This document shows, piece by piece, positions 59,168 to 64,000 of a stretch of 64,000 bases of DNA. Location: contig JBAZXP010000001.1 of NCBI GenBank assembly GCA_041659805.1, positions 880,224-944,223 of the forward strand, given 5' to 3'. A program made the position numbers and the translations under genes. A model generated the notes under the pieces. The model saw nothing but the letters and a program-made list of their open reading frames with translations, was not told the origin of the DNA and did no database searches. Source of the stretch: Microgenomates group bacterium (lineage in GTDB: Bacteria > Patescibacteriota > Microgenomatia > Daviesbacterales > UBA10151). Positions within the stretch are counted from its first letter, which is position 1. The number at the start of each line of letters is the position of its first letter.

Positions 59168-60199
59168 ATGTTTTCATCAACTTTAAAAAAGTCCTGGCCT
59201 TATATTGCAATCTTACTTGCCCATACAATCTGGGGTGTTAATTTTATAATTGCCAAATTAACTTTGCAGGAAATCCCTCCTATGACAATCGCTTTTATAA
59301 GATTTACTTTTGCAAGCCTTTTATTGCTTCCCTTTTTAATTATTGCCCGTGAATCACCATGGAACGATCTCAGAAAAGTTTTTAAATTCCTTCCTCAGGG
59401 AGACGGATTTAAGAAAAACTCCATTGATATGATGGAAGGAAATACCCAAAATCATATTGATAAAAAAGATTTACCAAAAATTATTGCTGTTGGTGTTTTG
59501 ATGATTACTTTAAATACCTCATTTTTTTTACTGGGACTTGAAAGAACCACTGCTACCTCAGCTTCAATCTTGTCTTTAAGTGTTCCAATTTTATCAGTCA
59601 TTGTGGGATGGACAATACTCAAAGAAAAAGTCTATGTAGTAAATGTTTTTGGAGTAATTGCAGGCCTTGCAGGAACTATTGCAGTCCTTGGAGTTCCTTT
59701 AATTTCAATTGGTGCCGGTTTATCTGCTGAAGCTATGATTGGAAATTTGCTAATTATTTTAGCAGCTGTTACATGGGTAACAGGTGCCTTGTTTTCGAAG
59801 CAACTATTGCAGAAATATTCCACATTAACTCTAACCTCAATGATGTTTTTTACAGGATCTGTAACTTTTTTAATCCCTGCAATCAATGAATATTTCCAAA
59901 ACCCTTCATGGACTCAACATGTCACATTTTTAGGAATGTTCGGCATCTTCTATATGACGCTGGCTTCATCAATTGCTGCTTATTTCCTTTTTGAGTGGAG
60001 TATGGATCAAATCGGCTTAGTCAAAGCAGATTTCTTCCAATATCTGGAGCCTTTAGTTGCAATTAGCCTGGGAATCTTCATTTTAGGAGAACAGCTACGC
60101 TTCTCCTTTGTAATAGGAGCAGTATTAATCATTTTGGGTTCCTATTGGAGCACTCTGGCTAAAACAGCCCATAAGTACCATAAGGCACACCGGCATTAG
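59168..60199 (+). CDS. EamA/DMT-family transporter
   Basis: Ten TM helices in two EamA-like halves. Confidence 0.7.
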   Translation: MFSSTLKKSWPYIAILLAHTIWGVNFIIAKLTLQEIPPMTIAFIRFTFASLLLLPFLIIARESPWNDLRKVFKFLPQGDGFKKNSIDMMEGNTQNHIDKKDLPKIIAVGVLMITLNTSFFLLGLERTTATSASILSLSVPILSVIVGWTILKEKVYVVNVFGVIAGLAGTIAVLGVPLISIGAGLSAEAMIGNLLIILAAVTWVTGALFSKQLLQKYSTLTLTSMMFFTGSVTFLIPAINEYFQNPSWTQHVTFLGMFGIFYMTLASSIAAYFLFEWSMDQIGLVKADFFQYLEPLVAISLGIFILGEQLRFSFVIGAVLIILGSYWSTLAKTAHKYHKAHRH

Positions 60200-60262
60200 C
60201 CTCGTACCTTGCGACCTTCGGTCTTAAAGCCCATAGGAACTGAACAGACATTAATCTGTGGC

Positions 60263-60291
60263 TAGCTTCTTGAAAAAAATTCTGATATAAT
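60263..60291 (+). promoter_or_regulatory. extended -10 promoter (TAGCTT-17-TGATATAAT) for rpmE
   Basis: TGnTATAAT, read directly from the sequence. Confidence 0.4.
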
Positions 60292-60311
60292 CACTAACGA
60301 AAGTTATAAAT

Positions 60312-60638
60312 ATGAAAGCCAGCGTCCATCCTGATTGGAATAAAGAAGCCAAAGTAACCTGTGTCTGCGGGAATACATTTACCGTAGGCTCAGTCTTACC
60401 TGAAATAAGGGTAGAAATCTGCAGTGCCTGTCACCCGTTCTTCACCGGCCAACAAAAATTCGTTGATACTCAGGGACAGGTTGAAAAGTTCAGTAAGGCA
60501 TTAGAAACCGCTAAAGCTAAAAAAGAAGTCAGAGAACAAATCCTTGCAAACCGCGCTGCCAAAGTTCAAACAGAAAAAACAGAAAAACCCTCACTCCGCG
60601 ATCTTTTAATGCAGGCCCGCAAAAAAACCGCTTCTTAG
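60312..60638 (+). CDS. rpmE: 50S ribosomal protein L31 with a lysine-rich C-terminal extension
   Basis: MKASVHPDW...CVCGN...[13 protein letters not shown]. Confidence 0.85.
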   Translation: MKASVHPDWNKEAKVTCVCGNTFTVGSVLPEIRVEICSACHPFFTGQQKFVDTQGQVEKFSKALETAKAKKEVREQILANRAAKVQTEKTEKPSLRDLLMQARKKTAS

Positions 60639-60689
60639 ACTAGCTTTCAGTCTTCAGCCATCAGTCTTCAGACTATGTATAATTAACCT

Positions 60690-61631
60690 ATGGATAACTA
60701 TCTTGAACAACAAATTAATGACTTAAAAACAAGAATCGACGAGGCTAAAAAGCTGATCAATGACCCTGAACTAAAAGATTTGGCCCAAATGGAAATCGAA
60801 GAACTTGAGGCTCAAATTGAAGAATTGGAAAATTCTGCCTCAACCCCCATGGAAACAAGTTCAGAAGCAGAAGAAGATTTTGAATCAGACATTAACCCCA
60901 ATATCGCTATTTTGGAAATCAGATCAGCTGCCGGTGGAGATGAAGCAGGGCTTTTTGCCAATGATTTACTTAGAATGTATACCAGGTTTGTTGCTATTAA
61001 AAACTGGAAAATGGAAGAGCTTTCCCGTTCAGAAGGAAAATTAGGACAAATCAAAGAAATAGATTTAAAAATTAACGGGAAGAGTGCCTATGACAGCTTA
61101 AAGTTCGAATCAGGTGTGCACCGTGTTCAAAGAGTTCCGGAAACAGAATCTGGAGGCAGAATTCATACATCCACTGCAACTGTAGCGGTTTTACCAGAAG
61201 TTAATCCTACTCAAATTTTTATTAATCCCTCTGATATAGAATTTGATTCTTTCAGATCAGGTGGAGCTGGTGGACAAAATGTTAATAAAGTTAATACTGC
61301 TGTCAGAATAAAACATATTCCCACAGGAATTGTGGTTACTGCTCAAACAGAACGTTCACAGCTACAAAACAGAGAAAATGCCATGAATTTACTCCGGGCA
61401 AAGCTTTGGGATTTAGAAAATGAAGAAAAAATGAAAAACGTTGGCGGTCAAAGATCCAATCAGGTTGGCTCAGGAGACAGATCAGAAAAAATCAGAACCT
61501 ATAATTTCCCTCAAAACAGAATTACAGATCACAGAATAGGCAAATCCTGGCATAATTTAGAAACTATTTTAGAAGGAAATTTGGAACCTGTAATTAAATC
61601 CTTACAAGAAGCAGAAAATAATGAAAATTAA
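60690..61631 (+). CDS. prfA: peptide chain release factor 1
   Basis: GGQ motif (SGGAGGQNVNK) and an RF1-type PxT tripeptide (PET) in RVPETESGGRIHTS. Confidence 0.85.
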   Translation: MDNYLEQQINDLKTRIDEAKKLINDPELKDLAQMEIEELEAQIEELENSASTPMETSSEAEEDFESDINPNIAILEIRSAAGGDEAGLFANDLLRMYTRFVAIKNWKMEELSRSEGKLGQIKEIDLKINGKSAYDSLKFESGVHRVQRVPETESGGRIHTSTATVAVLPEVNPTQIFINPSDIEFDSFRSGGAGGQNVNKVNTAVRIKHIPTGIVVTAQTERSQLQNRENAMNLLRAKLWDLENEEKMKNVGGQRSNQVGSGDRSEKIRTYNFPQNRITDHRIGKSWHNLETILEGNLEPVIKSLQEAENNEN

Positions 61632-62325
61632 TTCTAATATTCCTGATGCTTACCAAAAAGGCTGGGTGGAATTCTACAAATTAAAATTCAAAGTCACTCC
61701 TGATGTTTTAATCCCCAGACCGGAAACAGAGCTTTTGGTAGATGCTGTCTTGGAACGTATCAAGTATAAAGAATCCGGTATAAAGGGAAACGGAATTATG
61801 GTTTTAGATATAGGAACAGGCTCTGGAGCAATTGCCATCTCTGTCGCCAAGAATCTAACCTCGGGGGTTAGAGTAAAAATAATTGCAACAGATATATCTG
61901 CAAAAGCACTGAAAATTGCAAAACAAAATGCAAAACTTCACAGAGTTGAAGATAAAATAACTTTTAAACAAAGCAATCTACTTACAAAAATTTCCTATAC
62001 CCTAATTCCTAAAACCTGTACCCTAATCATTGTCACAAATTTGCCTTATATCCCCACAGACCGTATCGCCTATCTTGATTCATCTGTAAAAGATTTTGAG
62101 CCTTTTATAGCTTTAGATGGAGGTGAGGATGGTTTTCAGCTTTACAGAAAATTATTTTCTCAAATTATTAAAAAGGGGTTAAAACCAAAATTAATTGTGG
62201 GAGAAATTGATTATACCCAGGGTGAAACAGCAATTTATGAAGGACAAAAATATTTTCCTGAAGCAAATGTGGAAGTTAAAAAAGATCTCGCCCACTTACA
62301 AAGAATTTTAAATATTTCATCCTAG
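61621..62325 (+). CDS. prmC: release-factor glutamine N5-methyltransferase
   Basis: IVTNLPYIP (NPPY-type motif), a SAM-binding DIGTGSGAIAI motif, and co-location with prfA. Confidence 0.8.
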   Translation: MKINSNIPDAYQKGWVEFYKLKFKVTPDVLIPRPETELLVDAVLERIKYKESGIKGNGIMVLDIGTGSGAIAISVAKNLTSGVRVKIIATDISAKALKIAKQNAKLHRVEDKITFKQSNLLTKISYTLIPKTCTLIIVTNLPYIPTDRIAYLDSSVKDFEPFIALDGGEDGFQLYRKLFSQIIKKGLKPKLIVGEIDYTQGETAIYEGQKYFPEANVEVKKDLAHLQRILNISS

Positions 62326-62368
62326 ACATCCCTTTTTACAAAAAGTATAATTTTTAAGACTTAAATTT

Positions 62369-63094
62369 ATGACAAATGATAAATTGAAATACGACAGAGT
62401 CTTATTAAAAATCTCCGGAGAACTTTTCGGAGATGATAGTGGTCATGGGATTAATTTTTCTGCTTTTGAGAAAATTGCCAGGGATTTAATAGACATCAGA
62501 GAAAAAACCAAGGTTGAACTGGCTTTAGTGGTTGGCGGAGGAAATATATTCCGGGGCAGGTATAAAGCAGAACACGTTGATGAAGCTACAGCAGACTATA
62601 TGGGTATGATGGCAACAGTTATCAACGGTCTGGGCTTGCAGGAGGCTTTAGAACGTCTAGGAGCACCCACCAGAATGATGACTGCAATTGAAATAAAAGC
62701 AGTGGCTGAGCCATATATCAGAAGAAAAGCCTTGAAACACTTATCCAGAGGCAGAATTGTCATATTCACAGCCGGTACAGGCAATCCTTTCTTTACCACA
62801 GATTCAGGTGCAGCACTCCGGGCTGCTGAGTTAAATTGCGATGTAATCTTAAAGGCTACTAATGTTGATGGCGTTTATACCTCAGATCCGAATAAAAATC
62901 CTAATGCCAAATTACTCACTAAAATCACTTATCAGGAAGCAATTGAGAAAAATTTAGAAGTAATGGATGCAACAGCTTTTGCCCTTTGTAAAAGACAAAA
63001 AATCCCAATAGTAGTTTTTAATATTGATAAGCTGGACGACATTGATAATATATTAAACGGACATAATTTCGGAACACTGGTTACAGAAGATTAA
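62369..63094 (+). CDS. pyrH: uridylate kinase
   Basis: RVLLKISGE...VVGGGNIFRG. Confidence 0.9.
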   Translation: MTNDKLKYDRVLLKISGELFGDDSGHGINFSAFEKIARDLIDIREKTKVELALVVGGGNIFRGRYKAEHVDEATADYMGMMATVINGLGLQEALERLGAPTRMMTAIEIKAVAEPYIRRKALKHLSRGRIVIFTAGTGNPFFTTDSGAALRAAELNCDVILKATNVDGVYTSDPNKNPNAKLLTKITYQEAIEKNLEVMDATAFALCKRQKIPIVVFNIDKLDDIDNILNGHNFGTLVTED

Positions 63095-64000
63095 ATTTGT
63101 TTCTCTATTACCTCTAAAGCCTTCTCTAATTGATTATCTTTTAAAGGATTCTTATCATCGGCTTTAAATTCAACAACCACGTCTGGTGTTAAACCTGTTC
63201 CGTGAATCCATCTGCCCAACGGAGTCAGCCATTTGGCTGTGGTGATATGAATCCCTGTTCCCTGAGGCAAATCTTCTGTTGATTGGATAGTACCTTTTCC
63301 AAATGATTGTTCACCGACAATTGTTGCCCTCTTATCATCCTGCATTGCCCCGGCTAAAATTTCTGAAGCGGAAGCAGATCCTTTATTAATCATAACTACC
63401 AAAGGAATTTTTAACATTCTGCCCTGTCTTACAACCCTCAACTCCTGTTTTTGACCTGATGAATTTTCCTGTAATACAACAGGACCGGACCCAATAAATT
63501 CCGAAGCTAAATAAACAGCAGATTCCAAATACCCGCCAGGATTGTTCCTGACATCAACAATCACTCCCTGGGTATTTTTAGTTAAGGCCTCTGAAATAGC
63601 ACCATCCCATTCATTATCAGTCTTATCTCCAAATCCTGATAATCTGATATAGGCAATATTTTTACCCAGGGGAGATGTTTTCATGGTTAAATCAACAGTC
63701 CGAACAATAATCGTATCCCGGGAAAGAGTAACATCCCGTGGTTTATCGGTATTTTCGCTAAAAATAGAAAGAGCAACAGATGTTCCTTTTGGTCCGCGGA
63801 TCATGGCAACAGCGTCAGGCAAAGAAATGTTTGAAACATCTTTTTTATCAACCGTAAGTATTAAATCACCGGCTTTTATTCCTGCTTTATCTGCAGGAGT
63901 ATCTTTCAAAGGAGCGATTACCACCAATCTTTTATCCTTGTTGTACCCTAATTGCATCCCGACGCCTTCAAAAGACCCGTTCAATTGTTCCTTAGTATTT
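63091..64000 (-). CDS. C-terminal processing peptidase (S41 family), partial (N-terminus beyond window edge)
   Basis: PDZ segment (KAGIKAGDLIL) and the S41 core VVDVRNNPGGYLESAVYLASEF. The frame is open to the window edge. Confidence 0.8.
   Translation of the reverse strand, partial: NTKEQLNGSFEGVGMQLGYNKDKRLVVIAPLKDTPADKAGIKAGDLILTVDKKDVSNISLPDAVAMIRGPKGTSVALSIFSENTDKPRDVTLSRDTIIVRTVDLTMKTSPLGKNIAYIRLSGFGDKTDNEWDGAISEALTKNTQGVIVDVRNNPGGYLESAVYLASEFIGSGPVVLQENSSGQKQELRVVRQGRMLKIPLVVMINKGSASASEILAGAMQDDKRATIVGEQSFGKGTIQSTEDLPQGTGIHITTAKWLTPLGRWIHGTGLTPDVVVEFKADDKNPLKDNQLEKALEVIEKQI

Noticed and set aside
60639-60689. Direct repeat cagtcttcag x2 between rpmE and prfA as a regulatory element
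   Set aside because: It is very short, likely chance or part of a weak terminator, and there is no supporting structure.

Overview
This is a low-GC (~35-40%), tightly packed bacterial chromosome segment with mostly housekeeping content, and it reads like a Candidate Phyla Radiation/Patescibacteria-type genome. That placement is an inference. It rests on a pilin-rich type IV pilus locus with no secretin or PilMNO genes, a truncated delta-prime-like clamp-loader gene (HolB-like), a GlmU-type uridylyltransferase that has only the N-terminal domain, genes largely lacking Shine-Dalgarno sequences, and many 4-nt ATGA gene overlaps. TGA is used as a stop codon, so the code is standard, not code 25. 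The recognisable housekeeping genes are gyrB and gyrA; the cell-wall genes murC, murD, murI and ddl plus the GlmU-like gene; ruvC and yebC; dnaB, efp, pepA, hisS, rpmE, prfA, prmC, pyrH and gmk; a Kef-type antiporter; a histidine kinase with two single-domain response regulators; one tRNA-Leu(CAA); and an IS200/IS605-like HUH transposase with flanking hairpins. Two regions stand out as accessory. The first (1-13960) is a type IV pilus locus with nine prepilin-type genes, two PilX-like genes, pilD, pilC, pilT and pilB. The second (26756-34031) is an island next to a XerC/D-like recombinase. It encodes a cohesin/dockerin-type cell-surface module: two cohesin-like proteins (one N-terminally membrane-anchored, one with a C-terminal LPXTG-like sorting signal), a large cysteine-rich secreted protein with a C-terminal dockerin-like motif, and two paralogous proteins sharing a conserved N-terminal 'TM + QQxLRS[KR]AA..ITF' signal. 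It is followed by iteron-like repeats, an orphan Avd-like four-helix-bundle gene (the accessory protein of diversity-generating retroelements, DGRs) with no reverse transcriptase, and about 880 bp of ORF-free, repeat- and hairpin-rich DNA. The same repeat family is also present in frame inside gyrA as a low-complexity insertion. A heptanucleotide tandem repeat in the signal-peptide codons of a secreted protein is a candidate phase-variation switch.
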